The position numbers were made by a program, and so were the translations under genes. The notes beneath the pieces were generated by a model. That model had not been told where the DNA came from. It searched no databases and saw nothing but the letters and a program-made list of their open reading frames with translations. Shown piece by piece: positions 9,922-19,347 of a DNA stretch of 64,000 bases. Every line of letters starts with the position of its first letter. Positions within the stretch are counted from its first letter, which is position 1. The DNA lies in the NCBI GenBank assembly GCA_963781425.1, contig CAWAGX010000020.1:474387-538386 (forward strand), read 5' to 3'. The stretch comes from an uncultured Actinomycetes bacterium (GTDB lineage: Bacteria > Actinomycetota > Acidimicrobiia > IMCC26256 > PALSA-610).

Positions 9922-11076
9922 TCAGCCGAACGACGTCAGGAAGAGCGTGTCGTACGCGAGGCCCCAAGGTGGACGCAGGAACCCGAGCGCCCGCACGTCC
10001 TCGGTCCACGACGCGAATGGTGAGTGGCGCGAGAAGGTGCCGCCGCCGATCACGCGCGCCAGCCGGCTGAGACACGACTCGGCGAGCTCCGCGATTCCTT
10101 CCTTCGCCCGCAGCGTGGCGTGCAGCGCCCGCGCATGATCACCGGATTCCACCGCGCGCAGCGCACCGTCGAATGCCTGCGTGGCGAGCCAGTGCTCGAG
10201 CTCGGCGCGGCTCCACTCGACCTGCTCGTAGGGCCGCAGTGTCTCGGCCTTCGGCGCCAGCTGCTGCTTCGCGGTGCGGACTGCCTCGTCGAGCACGCCC
10301 AGGACGACGGCGGTGAACAGGCTCGACACGAGCGGCGCGGCCGCGACGGTGATGTCTTCGACCGGCCCGTTCCATGCCATGCGCGTTGCCGGGCACTCCT
10401 CGAGACGCATGGCGTGACTCTGCGTCGCGGCCATGCCGATGCCGTCCCACTCGGCGATGAGCCGCATCCCCGCCGACCCGTCCCACGGACGGTCACGAAC
10501 GTCGAGGGCGAAGAGCATCGGCGCGTTTTCGCCCGCAGGGATCGCGGTCGTGATCATGAACGACGTCACGCCCGAGCCGCTGCCGAAATGCTTGTCGCCG
10601 GTGACCCGGTAGCTGTCCCCCGGCAGCGGACCGGGCGTTGCATCGGGCGATGCCGTCGCCTTGGTGCGCGTGATGTCCCCACCGCTCCCGGGCTCGGAAG
10701 TGATCGTGCCCCACTGGCGGCCTTCGGCGGCGCTGGCGAAGACCGCTTCTCGTTGCGCCACCCACGCGGCCGACGACTCGTCGGGGCGTGCCAGCCAGAA
10801 GCCGATCACCGCGGGATGCATCGACGAGACCAGCGCAACCGACGGATCCGCCCCCGCGAGGTTGCGCAGCACGTCGCAGGTAGGACGCGTCGACCTCGCG
10901 ACGTCGCGCCACACGCCCCCATTCGCCTCCGGCACCGCCAGCTCGAGGTACCCGGCTCCTCGCAGTCGATCGAAGTCGGCGCGATCGAGGTGACGTCGGG
11001 CCTGACGCTCGGCGCGCTGGCCGCGCCATTCGTTCGCGATCTCACCGACCGCTTCGGCAATTTCCTCGGAACTCAT
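9922..11076 (-). CDS. acyl-CoA dehydrogenase family protein
   Basis: 384-aa intact ORF with ACAD-like layout: WGTITSEPGSGGD, GDKHFGSGSG, and a C-terminal helical domain ending ..SWTEDVRALGFLRPP. Confidence 0.8.
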   Translation of the reverse strand: MSSEEIAEAVGEIANEWRGQRAERQARRHLDRADFDRLRGAGYLELAVPEANGGVWRDVARSTRPTCDVLRNLAGADPSVALVSSMHPAVIGFWLARPDESSAAWVAQREAVFASAAEGRQWGTITSEPGSGGDITRTKATASPDATPGPLPGDSYRVTGDKHFGSGSGVTSFMITTAIPAGENAPMLFALDVRDRPWDGSAGMRLIAEWDGIGMAATQSHAMRLEECPATRMAWNGPVEDITVAAAPLVSSLFTAVVLGVLDEAVRTAKQQLAPKAETLRPYEQVEWSRAELEHWLATQAFDGALRAVESGDHARALHATLRAKEGIAELAESCLSRLARVIGGGTFSRHSPFASWTEDVRALGFLRPPWGLAYDTLFLTSFG

Positions 11077-11149
11077 GAGATGTCACGCTAGGCCGGTTGC
11101 AGGCGCGGGAGTAGGGTCCGCATCGGAGACCTTTCCCTGGAGGTGCGCC

Positions 11150-11563
11150 GTGCGCCGCTGTCTCATCGTCGCCAACCGGACGCTCGGCGGGCATCAACTC
11201 ATCGCCGAGCTGGTCGCCCGGCACGAGCATGACCCACGCTCGTTCCACATCGTGGTGCCCGCCAGCCACGGCCACGGGACGCGGACGGAAGGTCATGCGC
11301 TCGCGCAGGCCCGCGTCGCGCTCGACGATGCGCTCGTGCACTTCCGTGACGAGGGTCTCGAGGTCACCGGCGAGGTCGGCGACGAGAATCCCGCGCTCGC
11401 CGTCGGCGACGTCCTCCGGCGCGAGCACTTCGACGAGATCATCGTGTCGACGCTGCCGCTCGGTCCGTCGCGTTGGATGAAGCGCGACCTGCCGAAACGC
11501 CTGGCCCGCGAGCACAATCTGCCCGTCACGCACATCGTGGCGGACACAGTGCTCGCCGACTGA
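11150..11563 (+). CDS. conserved hypothetical protein (USP-like alpha/beta fold suspected)
   Basis: In-frame GTG at 11150 gives VRRCLIVANRTLGG...FHIVVPAS...EIIVSTLP. Divergent from the ACAD-like gene. Confidence 0.55.
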   Translation: MRRCLIVANRTLGGHQLIAELVARHEHDPRSFHIVVPASHGHGTRTEGHALAQARVALDDALVHFRDEGLEVTGEVGDENPALAVGDVLRREHFDEIIVSTLPLGPSRWMKRDLPKRLAREHNLPVTHIVADTVLAD

Positions 11564-11564
11564 T

Positions 11565-13004
11565 CTATCGGTACTCGAACGCCCCCGGTTTCGGGGCTTG
11601 CATCTCGGCACGGAACCGATCGAACGCCCACGGCCATACCGCGGGGATGCCTCGGTCGTCGAGGTACCAGCTGTGACATCCCGTGATCCAAACCGTGTGC
11701 TTCGCGGCTTCGACACGAGCCGCCTCGTGTTCCTCCATCGCGCCGGTGGTCGCGCTGACCTCCCGGTACTCACCCGCGCGCAGCGGGTCGATGAGCTGCA
11801 GGATGTACGCGAACTGCAGCTCGGCGACCTCGATCAGCGAGAAGTTGCCGACGGGACCGTTGGGACCGTTCAGCATGAAGAAGTTCGGGAACCCCGGGAT
11901 CGAGATCGACAGGTACGCGTTCGGGCGAGGGTCCCATGCCTGCGCGAGCGTCCGGCCGCCCTTCCCGATCACCTGCATCGGCCGCATGAAGGCATCGGCC
12001 TGGAAGCCGGTGGCGAGGACGAGCACGTCGAGCTCGTGCAGCCGATCGTCGCGTGTACGGACACCCTGAGGCTCGACGCGTGCAATTGGCGCGGTCACCA
12101 ACTCGGCGTTCGGCTGCTGGATCGCCTCGTAGAAATCCGGGGAGATGACCAGCCGCTTGCACGCGGCGCGGTACTCAGGACGCAGCCGCTCGCGCAGCTC
12201 GGGATCGCGCACGCTGTTCTCGAGATTGGTGCGGCATCCCTCTTCGATCAGCTTCATGCCTGGGGAATCGGCATCGACGACCGCGTTGGCGAACGTGCCG
12301 AACAGCTGTGAGAGGTGGGCATGGAGACCGGCCAGCTCCTCCGGGTTCTCGCGGTATGCCGCCTTCTCGTCATCGGAGTACGCGGGGTTCTCCTGCGGGA
12401 AGATCCACTGCGCGGTGCGCTGGAACAGTGACAGCTCGGCGACCCGATCCACGATTGCGGACACGATCTGTGTCGCGGTCGAGCCGGTGCCGATCACGCC
12501 GACGCGCGCACCGTCGATCGGCACCGCGTGATCCCAGCGTGAGCTGTGGAAGCACGCGCCCTCGAAAGTGTCGAGCCCGTCGATGTCGGGGATCCGGGGA
12601 TGATGCAGCACGCCGGTCGCCGCGATCACGACGTCGACCTCGTCCCGGTGACCGTTCGCAGTCTCCAGGACCCAGGTGCCATTCGCGTATTCGCACCGTG
12701 TGACCTCGTCACCGAAACGGACGCGTTCGAGCACCTCGTGGTCGCGTGCGACGCGTTCGAAGTAGGCCTGGATCTCGGCGCCGGGCGAGAAACGCCGGCT
12801 CCACTCCGGGGTGAGCGCGAACGAGTAGGAGTAGAGGTGCGACGGCACATCGCACGAAAGACCGGGGTACGTGTTCTCGCGCCACGTCCCGCCGACGCGA
12901 TCGCCCTTCTCGTAGACCGTGAAGTCCGTGAGCCCTTCGTCGGTCAACTTGATCGCGCTGAGGATCCCCGCCATCCCCGCGCCGATGATCGCGAACCGCA
13001 ACAC
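11565..13004 (-). CDS. FAD/NAD(P)-dependent monooxygenase (flavin-containing / Baeyer-Villiger type)
   Basis: FAIIGAGMAGI (FAD GxGxxG), GGTWRENTYPG, a second dinucleotide motif VGVIGTGSTA, and a DVLVLATGF motif. GAGGAG lies before GTG 13004. Confidence 0.85.
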   Translation of the reverse strand: MLRFAIIGAGMAGILSAIKLTDEGLTDFTVYEKGDRVGGTWRENTYPGLSCDVPSHLYSYSFALTPEWSRRFSPGAEIQAYFERVARDHEVLERVRFGDEVTRCEYANGTWVLETANGHRDEVDVVIAATGVLHHPRIPDIDGLDTFEGACFHSSRWDHAVPIDGARVGVIGTGSTATQIVSAIVDRVAELSLFQRTAQWIFPQENPAYSDDEKAAYRENPEELAGLHAHLSQLFGTFANAVVDADSPGMKLIEEGCRTNLENSVRDPELRERLRPEYRAACKRLVISPDFYEAIQQPNAELVTAPIARVEPQGVRTRDDRLHELDVLVLATGFQADAFMRPMQVIGKGGRTLAQAWDPRPNAYLSISIPGFPNFFMLNGPNGPVGNFSLIEVAELQFAYILQLIDPLRAGEYREVSATTGAMEEHEAARVEAAKHTVWITGCHSWYLDDRGIPAVWPWAFDRFRAEMQAPKPGAFEYR

Positions 13005-13061
13005 GCCGCTCCTCTGCGTTGTCGTGCCGCTCCTATCACAGCACAATTGCGCGCCGAGGAG

Positions 13062-14297
13062 TCAGCCGAACAACGATTGGCCGACGTAGCCGCCGGCCTG
13101 GAAGCCCGGCGGCACCGCGAAGACTGCGCTGGCAATGTGCTTGATGTATTCGTTCAGAGAGTCATTGTCGCCGAGTCGCTGCTGGAGCGGCACGAACTGA
13201 CGACGAGGGTCGCGTTGGTACGCGATGAAGAAGAGCCCGGCGTCCAGTTGGGCGGTGACCGGATCGACGCCGTCGGCGAAGCTGTAACCGCGCCGCAGGA
13301 GACGAATTCCCTTGTTCTCCGCGGGCGCCGCGAGGCGGATGTGCGCGTCCTCGGCGAGCCGCGACAGGTCCGGTACGTCGTGCTCCCGGCGGGAACCCAA
13401 CGGCGCGCCCTCGATCTTCGTGCGGCCGATGACGTCCTGCTGTTCGCGCAGCGACGTCCGGTCCCACGACTCGAGGAGCATGCGGATGCGTCGCACCACG
13501 ACGTAGCTACCGTCCCGCATCCACGCGGGCGAGTCCTGCGGACCAACCCACACATGGTCGCGAAGCGCGGCGTCGTCTTGGGCCTTGATGTTGTTCGTGC
13601 CGTCCTTGAAGCCCATGAGATTGCGCGGCGTTGGTTGGTCGTCACTCGTCGTCGACGTGCGGCCGAAGCCGAGCTGTACCCAACGCACGACGGCCGTACC
13701 GCGCGCGATCCGGGCGAGGTTGTGGAAGGCGTGGAACGCGGTTTGGGGATCATCCGCACAGCACTGGACGGAGATGTCGCCATCGCACCTTGCCGGATCG
13801 AGCACGTCGTTGGGGAAGATCGGTAGCTCTGCGAGTGGCTCGGGCAACCTGTCGGCGAGGCCGAAGCGGTCGCGTCCCTTGGGCGTCACGAACATCGTGC
13901 GACCGAAGCCGACGGTGACTGTGAGGTGGGCGGCGGGTGATCCCACCGCCTCGCCGGTGTCGACCGGCGCGGTGAGCGTGTCAGCCGGCTCGACCGGACC
14001 GACGTCGCGCCCCGCGGTCATCGCGGTGAGCGCCGTCGTCCATCGTTGGAGGAGCACGCGGATGTCGTCGGGGTTTTCGGTCGTGAGGTCGAACGCGACG
14101 TAGACGAGCCGGCCGGGTACGGGCGTCACGATCCCCGCTTGGGTTCGGCCCGTGCACTCGACGACGTCAGAGCTTGCCGATGCCTCGGAACCACACGACG
14201 CGAGCACCGAGCCCGCCCCGAGCGCGAGCGCGCCGCCGGCGACGCCTGCCTTGACGGCGCCGCCGAGCATCTCCCGGCGCGTGAACTGGCCGCTCAT
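13062..14297 (-). CDS. efeB: Dyp-type peroxidase / deferrochelatase EfeB (Tat-exported)
   Basis: Tat signal FTRREMLGG. Dyp blocks GFKDGTNN and LLRRGYSF. Last gene of efeU-efeO-efeB, overlapping the efeO stop. Confidence 0.9.
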   Translation of the reverse strand: MSGQFTRREMLGGAVKAGVAGGALALGAGSVLASCGSEASASSDVVECTGRTQAGIVTPVPGRLVYVAFDLTTENPDDIRVLLQRWTTALTAMTAGRDVGPVEPADTLTAPVDTGEAVGSPAAHLTVTVGFGRTMFVTPKGRDRFGLADRLPEPLAELPIFPNDVLDPARCDGDISVQCCADDPQTAFHAFHNLARIARGTAVVRWVQLGFGRTSTTSDDQPTPRNLMGFKDGTNNIKAQDDAALRDHVWVGPQDSPAWMRDGSYVVVRRIRMLLESWDRTSLREQQDVIGRTKIEGAPLGSRREHDVPDLSRLAEDAHIRLAAPAENKGIRLLRRGYSFADGVDPVTAQLDAGLFFIAYQRDPRRQFVPLQQRLGDNDSLNEYIKHIASAVFAVPPGFQAGGYVGQSLFG

Positions 14298-15402
14298 GAA
14301 GCGACGAGCGGCGCAATCTTCGCAAGCACGTCGCCCAGCGTATCGACCTTCGTCGCGAGCGAACGGGTGTCGGTATTCGTGAGCACCGCGTACGAGACGA
14401 ACCCGTCACCTTGCCGGTAGGCGTCGAGCGAGTTGACGACCGCATCGAATTTGGCATCGACCTCGGCCGCGAGCGCGGGATCCTTTGCGGTGACGATGGG
14501 CTTCAGCGCGTCGAACGCTTCCCGTGCTCCGGCAACGTTCGCCTCGAAGTCCCAGAGATCGGTATGTGAGTAACGGTCTTCCTCGCCGGTGATCTTCGAC
14601 TTCGCGACCTCGTTCAAGAGCTCGACCGAACCGTTCGCGATCTGCGCGGGCTCCAGCTCGAGCGTGGCAACCTTGCCGTCGAGCGCCCGCACGTCAACGA
14701 CGAGCCGGACGGCCAAGGCAGATATTCCGCTGAGCGAACCGTCCTTCCACAGCGCTTTTTCGATGCGGTGGAAACCGCGCCATTCTTCGTCCGGTACGTC
14801 ACCCTTGCGCGCGTCGATCGCCGCGTCGAGCTCACCGAACGACTCGGCAACGGGCTCGATGGTCTCGTAGTGCTCCGCGCCCTCGGAAAGAGCGCCTTCG
14901 CCTGGGCGACGTCACCGGCCTCGACCGCGTCGGCGAACTGCTTGGTGAGGTCCACCAACTTCTTGGTCTCGGACGCGACGTACGCCCGGTACGTCTCCAC
15001 CGCCTGCGTGCCCGCCGCCCCTCCCGGGATCGTAGTGGCGCCCGCGTCGCCGGAGACGTTGACCGTGCCGCTCTTGCCTCCCGGGCACGCCGATTCGTAG
15101 GTGCCCGGCTTCAGCGTGACCGTGAAGCTCCCGTCGAGGCCCGGCGTCAGGTTCTCGGACTCGCCGACGATGCGTTCACCTTGCTTCAGCTCGTACTCGG
15201 TGATGCTGTCGGCGCCGTCGTTGGTGACTTCGAACGTCGCCGGGCCCGGAGGCACGTCGAGCGTGGCGGGTTCGCAACCGTTCGACGTGATCTTCACCGC
15301 GATCGTGCGCACACCGGACGATCCCGTGCTCTTCGACGAAGACCCGCAAGCGGCGACTGCAACGAGACAGGCCGCGCCGAGCAAGAGTGCTTGGGAACGC
15401 AT
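14294..15402 (-). CDS. efeO: iron uptake lipoprotein EfeO (cupredoxin + imelysin-like domains); one frame change near 14875
   Basis: Lipobox LVAVAACGSS, with GGAGGA before ATG 15402. The N-part is in ORF 14614..15519 up to AKALFPRAR. It continues as EHYETIEPVAESFGELDAAIDARKGDVPDEEWRGFHRIEKALW in the frame of ORF 14294..14716. Confidence 0.85.
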
Positions 15403-15419
15403 CTGAGAAGTCCTCCTCA

Positions 15420-16265
15420 TCATGCCGCGACAGTCACTGCCTGCTGCTGCTGCTCTTTGGGTCTGGTGCGCTGCGGCCAGAGGACGACCAGGGTCATCGG
15501 GATCGCGTACGCGAACCACACGAACACCTCGCCCACGGTCGGTCGAGGCTGAATACCGAGCATGCCGGTGAGCAACGCCGCGCGCACGCTCCCGGGATCG
15601 ACGAGCCAGGTGAGATCCGCCGCTTGCGTCTGCGCGGAGTTGATCCAGCCCGCTTCGTGCCCGGTGTGCACCGCGGTCGAGAGGAGCCCCGCCGCGACGA
15701 AGACGAGCACGAGGCCGGTCAGCTTGAAGAAGCGCGCGAGATTCAGCTTCACGCCGCCCTTGTAGATGGCATAGCCGATGACGACGGCGATCGCGACCCC
15801 GATCGCGGCGCCGGCACCCGCGAGGCCGGGATCGCTGGACGCCTGGAACGCGGCGAGGAGGAAGACCGAGGTCTCGAAGCCTTCACGGAGCACCGCGAGG
15901 AATGCCATCACGACGAGTGTGAGTGCGGAACCCGTCGCGAGCACGCTCGCGGCGTGCGATTCGAGGTCGCCCTTGAGGTCGCGCGCATGGCGGCGCATCC
16001 ACAGGATCATCCACGTGACGAAGCCCACGGCGATGAGGCCGATGACCGTCTCGAGTCCCTCTTGCTCGCGTTGCGGGAGGCGCTCCTCGGCAACGCGCAA
16101 CGCGATCGCAACGATCGTGCACAGCACGACGGCGATCGCGACGCCGGTCCACAGCGCCCACATGTCTTTGGGCTTGCCGTTGCGTTGGAGGAAGGCCGCG
16201 ACGATGCCGACGATCAGCGACGCCTCGAGCCCCTCGCGCAGCCCGATGACCAGCGTCGGAAGCAC
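15420..16265 (-). CDS. efeU: high-affinity iron permease EfeU (FTR1 family)
   Basis: Two REGxE motifs (GLREGLEASL, VLREGFETSV) and multiple TM segments. Intact 281-aa ORF. Confidence 0.9.
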   Translation of the reverse strand: MLPTLVIGLREGLEASLIVGIVAAFLQRNGKPKDMWALWTGVAIAVVLCTIVAIALRVAEERLPQREQEGLETVIGLIAVGFVTWMILWMRRHARDLKGDLESHAASVLATGSALTLVVMAFLAVLREGFETSVFLLAAFQASSDPGLAGAGAAIGVAIAVVIGYAIYKGGVKLNLARFFKLTGLVLVFVAAGLLSTAVHTGHEAGWINSAQTQAADLTWLVDPGSVRAALLTGMLGIQPRPTVGEVFVWFAYAIPMTLVVLWPQRTRPKEQQQQAVTVAA

Positions 16266-16301
16266 AACGGTAAGGTAAGGCTACCCTTAGTCTCGTGTCA
16301 A
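16266..16301 (-). promoter_or_regulatory. efeUOB promoter with IdeR/DtxR-type iron box; probably a leaderless transcript
   Basis: Minus strand reads TTGACA(16301-16296)-18 nt-TACCTT(16277-16272)-6 nt-GTG start. TAAGGTAAGGCTACCCTTA (16271-16289) matches the IdeR consensus TTAGGTTAGGCTAACCTAA at 15/19 positions. Confidence 0.55.
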
Positions 16302-16328
16302 GCCGCGTGGGTGCGGCCCGGTCCTAGC

Positions 16329-16811
16329 GTGCGAATCGTGCGAGGGACCGTCGTCACGATCGAACCCGGAACGGCCCGTGACGATTGGGTCGAGCTCTTG
16401 GCGCTGGCCGACGAGGAGGTCCCCCTGCGCGCCTGCTTGCAGCAGGGGGTGCTGTACGGCGTGATCGACACCGAGACGGGCCGGCGCCGCGGTGCGGTGC
16501 TGGTGCTCGACCGGGGCGACCGGTCCGCGGAGCTGCGTGCGGTCGCGGTCGGCGAAGCCGAGCAATCGCAGGGACTCGGCTCCTGGATGGTCGCCGAGGT
16601 CTGCACGCAGCTGCGGGATGCCGGCGTGCAGCGCGTCATCGTGGGAACCGCAAGCTCGGGCCTCCGCCAGCTCGGGTTCTATCAGCGACTGGGTTTTCGG
16701 CTCACACACGTCGAGCCCGACTACTTCACCGCCGCGCGCGGCTACCCGCCTGGGCTCTCCGAGAACGGCATCCCGACACGCGACATGGTGTGGATGGAAC
16801 GTCCCGCCTGA
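16329..16811 (+). CDS. GNAT family N-acetyltransferase
   Basis: C-terminal part of ORF 15387..16811 starting from in-frame GTG 16329. Contains LRAVAVGEAEQSQGLGSWMV (acetyl-CoA loop Q/RxxGxG/A) and FYQRLGF. Confidence 0.8.
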   Translation: MRIVRGTVVTIEPGTARDDWVELLALADEEVPLRACLQQGVLYGVIDTETGRRRGAVLVLDRGDRSAELRAVAVGEAEQSQGLGSWMVAEVCTQLRDAGVQRVIVGTASSGLRQLGFYQRLGFRLTHVEPDYFTAARGYPPGLSENGIPTRDMVWMERPA

Positions 16812-16819
16812 CGCGACGC

Positions 16820-16938
16820 CACCCCTCGAAGTGCGCCTGTCGCGATCGCTGCATTTTCAGCAATCGCGGCCCTCTCGGCGGCCCGTCTCCGCGATTGCTG
16901 TTTTTGCAGCGATCGCGAAAACGTGACTTTGAGGGGTG
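16820..16938. repeat. 119-bp compound palindrome between convergent genes
   Basis: Outer arms CACCCCTCGAAGT / ACTTTGAGGGGTG. Inner arms CGCGATCGCTGCA-TTTT-CAGCAATCGCGG (16841-16869) and CCGCGATTGCTG-TTTT-TGCAGCGATCGCG (16889-16917) flank a 19-nt centre. Each inner unit is itself a near-palindrome. Confidence 0.7.
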
Positions 16939-16971
16939 CGAAGTCGAAGTGGCTGCCAACGCGGGGTGGAC

Positions 16972-17405
16972 TTACGCGCCGGCCGGGTCGAGCAGCACGA
17001 GCGGGATCTCCCGCTTCGTCTTGGTCTGGTACCCGGCGTAGCCCTTGTACTTCTGGGTGACCTCCGGCCACAGGCGTGCTCGCTCCTCGGCGTTCGCGAC
17101 CCGAGCGCGCATGCGCTGCTTCGGCTTCCCCTTCAGCGCGACCTCGACGTCCGGGTTGTCACGCAGATTGAGGAACCACGCCGGATGTTCGTCGTCGCCC
17201 CCCGCGATGCGACGACGACGATCGTCGACCCCTCTTGCAGGGGCGAGGTGAGCATCACCGATCGGGGCTGGCCCGACTTGCGACCTGTCGTCGTGAGCTC
17301 GAGGACGGGCATGTGCCCGAGGTCCCAGCCCAGGTGGCCGCCACTGACCTTGAGCAGCCCGCGATGGAAGGTGTTCGCGACTTTCAACATCAGGTCACTC
17401 GGCAT
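16972..17405 (-). CDS. DUF385 / deazaflavin-dependent nitroreductase family protein; frame change in C6 run 17198-17203
   Basis: ORF 17133..17405 reads ...LELTTTGRKSGQPRSVMLTSP..VVVASRG, then continues out of frame as GDDEHPAWFLNLRDNPDVEV...ERARLWPEVTQKYKGYAGYQTKTKREIPLVLLDP*. One extra C/G restores the frame. Confidence 0.8.
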
Positions 17406-17456
17406 CGTCTCGGGCTCCCTTTCCGACGTTTTCGGGCCCCGCGAGGGCGCGCCAAC

Positions 17457-18172
17457 CTACCTCAGCAGCCGGCGAAGAACCTGGCGATCCACCGGCCGAC
17501 GGCGGTCCGGTCGAGCGGTCTCGTCAACGATCCGCCGGCGACGCGCGACGCGCTCGGTGCCGATCAGCTCGATGCGTTCGGCCAGCAGATGGTCGGCGAG
17601 GCGCGGGACGAACTCGGGGTGGCCTTGCAGGGTCCACGCGCGATCGCCCACCGCGAGGCCCGCAACCGGGCAGTGGTCGCTCGTCGCGATCACCCGCGCC
17701 GTCGTCCGGCACGTCGACGACTTGGTCCTGATGGCTCGCGATCAGCGCGATCCGATCGAGTGCGGGATCCATGCACGGCAACGATTCGACGAGCGCGTAC
17801 TCGTGTACCCCGACGCCCCATCCGTCCTCGGCGCGTTCGACGCGTCCGCCGAGCGCCTGCGCGAGCAGTTGATGTCCGAAGCAGATGCCGACGTAGGCGT
17901 GCTCGTCACGAACGATCTCGCGATGCAAGTCCTCGGCATCGGCGATCCACGGCACGTCGTCGTAGACCGAATGCCGGCTCGGCGAGCACATCCAGCCGTC
18001 GCATTCGTCGAGCGACACGGGGAAGCGTCCTTCATCGAGCTCGTAGGGAACGAGCTCGATGCCGTACGGCACCGAGCAACGCATCGAACAGCTCGGGATA
18101 GTCGCCCGCGATCGCGACGCTCTTCGCGTCGACGTGCCCGACGACCAGCAACCCGACGCGTGTCATCGACAT
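17457..18172 (-). CDS. class I glutamine amidotransferase-like protein; two frame changes (~18075, ~17700)
   Basis: MSMTRVGLLVVGHVD.. (start 18172), then ORF 17524..18084 with the nucleophile motif GICFGHQLLA, then ORF 17457..17693 (LQGHPEF). Confidence 0.75.
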
Positions 18173-18176
18173 GTCG

Positions 18177-19288
18177 TCATCGGAACGAGAACACGGGCGC
18201 GGCCGGACCCTCGAGCGGCGGGAGCAGACCGCGTCGCCGGAGCACCGGCATCACGCCCTCGCCGAACCAGTACGCCTCTTCGAGGTGCGGGTAGCCCGAG
18301 AGGATGAACTCGGAGAATCCGAGCGCGTGATATTCCTCGATGCGGTCGGCGACCTCGTCGTAGGAGCCGACGAGCGCGGTACCGACGCCCCCGCGCACGA
18401 GCCCGATGCCCGCCCACACGTTGGGATACACGACGAGTTGATCGGCGTCGCCGCCGTGCAACGACGCCATGCGCTGCTGGCCGACGGACTGCGTCGATGC
18501 GAAGTCCGCCTGCGCGGCCGCGATCGCGTCGGGCGCCATGCGTGCACGCAATGCGTCGGCGGCCGCCCACGCTTCGTCCGCCGTCGGCCGGGCGATGACG
18601 TGGAACCGGATACCGAAGTCGAGCGACCGCTCGCTTCGTGCCGCGAGGGCGCGCACCCGTTCGACGCGCTCGTTCACCATCGCGGGCGGCTCGCCCCACG
18701 CGAGGTAGACGTCGACGTGGCGCGCCGCGATCCGTTCGGCGGCGTCGGACGCGCCCCCGAAGTAGATGCGGGGCACCGGCTCGGGCGGCATGCGGGTTGC
18801 GGCGTGCTCGACGCGATAGTGCGCGCCCTCGTAGTCGAACGGCTCGCCAGCTCCACGCGCCCCGCATGATCTCGACGAACTCGCCCGTGCGCTCGTAGCG
18901 CGTGTCCTTGTCCTCCCATACGCCGAAGCGCGCGAGCTCGGCCGGCTCGGCGCCGGTGACGATGTTCACGAGCAGCCGTCCGCCCGAGAGCCGTTGGTAT
19001 GTGGACGCCATCTGCGCAGCCAGCGTGGGCGAGAGCAGCGCGGGCCGGAACGCGACGAGGAACTTCACGCGGCGCGTGAGCGGGATGAGTGACGCGGTTG
19101 CAAGCCACGCGTCCTCGCAGCCGGTGCCGCACGGCGTGAGCATCCCGTCGAAGCCGAGGCTGTCGCATGCGGTGGCGATCTGCGCGAGGTACGCGAGGTC
19201 GGGCGCGCGGCGGTGCGGGATCGTCGGCGCCGGGCAGCACGTCGCGCGCGTCGCCGCCGGTCGGGAGGAACCAGTGCATCTTGAGCAC
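18177..19288 (-). CDS. LLM-family flavin-dependent monooxygenase (alkanesulfonate monooxygenase-like); two frame changes (~19230, ~18848)
   Basis: MLKMHWFLPTGGDARDVLPGA | PTIPHRRAPDLAYLAQIATACDSLGFDGMLTP...LLVNIVTG...EIMRGAWS | GEPFDYEGAHYRVE...IYFGGAS...SGYPHLEE, read across three ORFs. Confidence 0.8.
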
Positions 19289-19347
19289 GGCGGCACGGTA
19301 ATGCCTCGGGCATTGCCCGGTCGGCCCGCAGCCGCAAGGATGCCCGC

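Noticed and set aside
15387-16811. Very long ORFs overlapping or antisense to recognised genes. Examples are 15387..16811 (474 aa), 8416..9861 (481 aa), 18163..20082 (639 aa), 27816..29054 (412 aa), 21729..23024 and 23708..24949.
   Set aside because: Their translations are Arg/Ala/Pro/Gly-rich low-complexity strings without motifs. They run opposite to or out of frame with genes that carry clear family signatures. Such shadow ORFs are expected in very GC-rich DNA. Only the in-frame 3' or 5' parts that belong to real genes were kept (for example the GNAT at 16329..16811).
16841-16917. GCGATCGC octamers (the cyanobacterial HIP1 palindrome) inside the 16.9-kb element.
   Set aside because: Only a few copies occur, all within one local palindrome, and the octamer is unremarkable in GC-rich DNA. 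Everything else in the window looks actinobacterial, so no cyanobacterial HIP1 interpretation is warranted.
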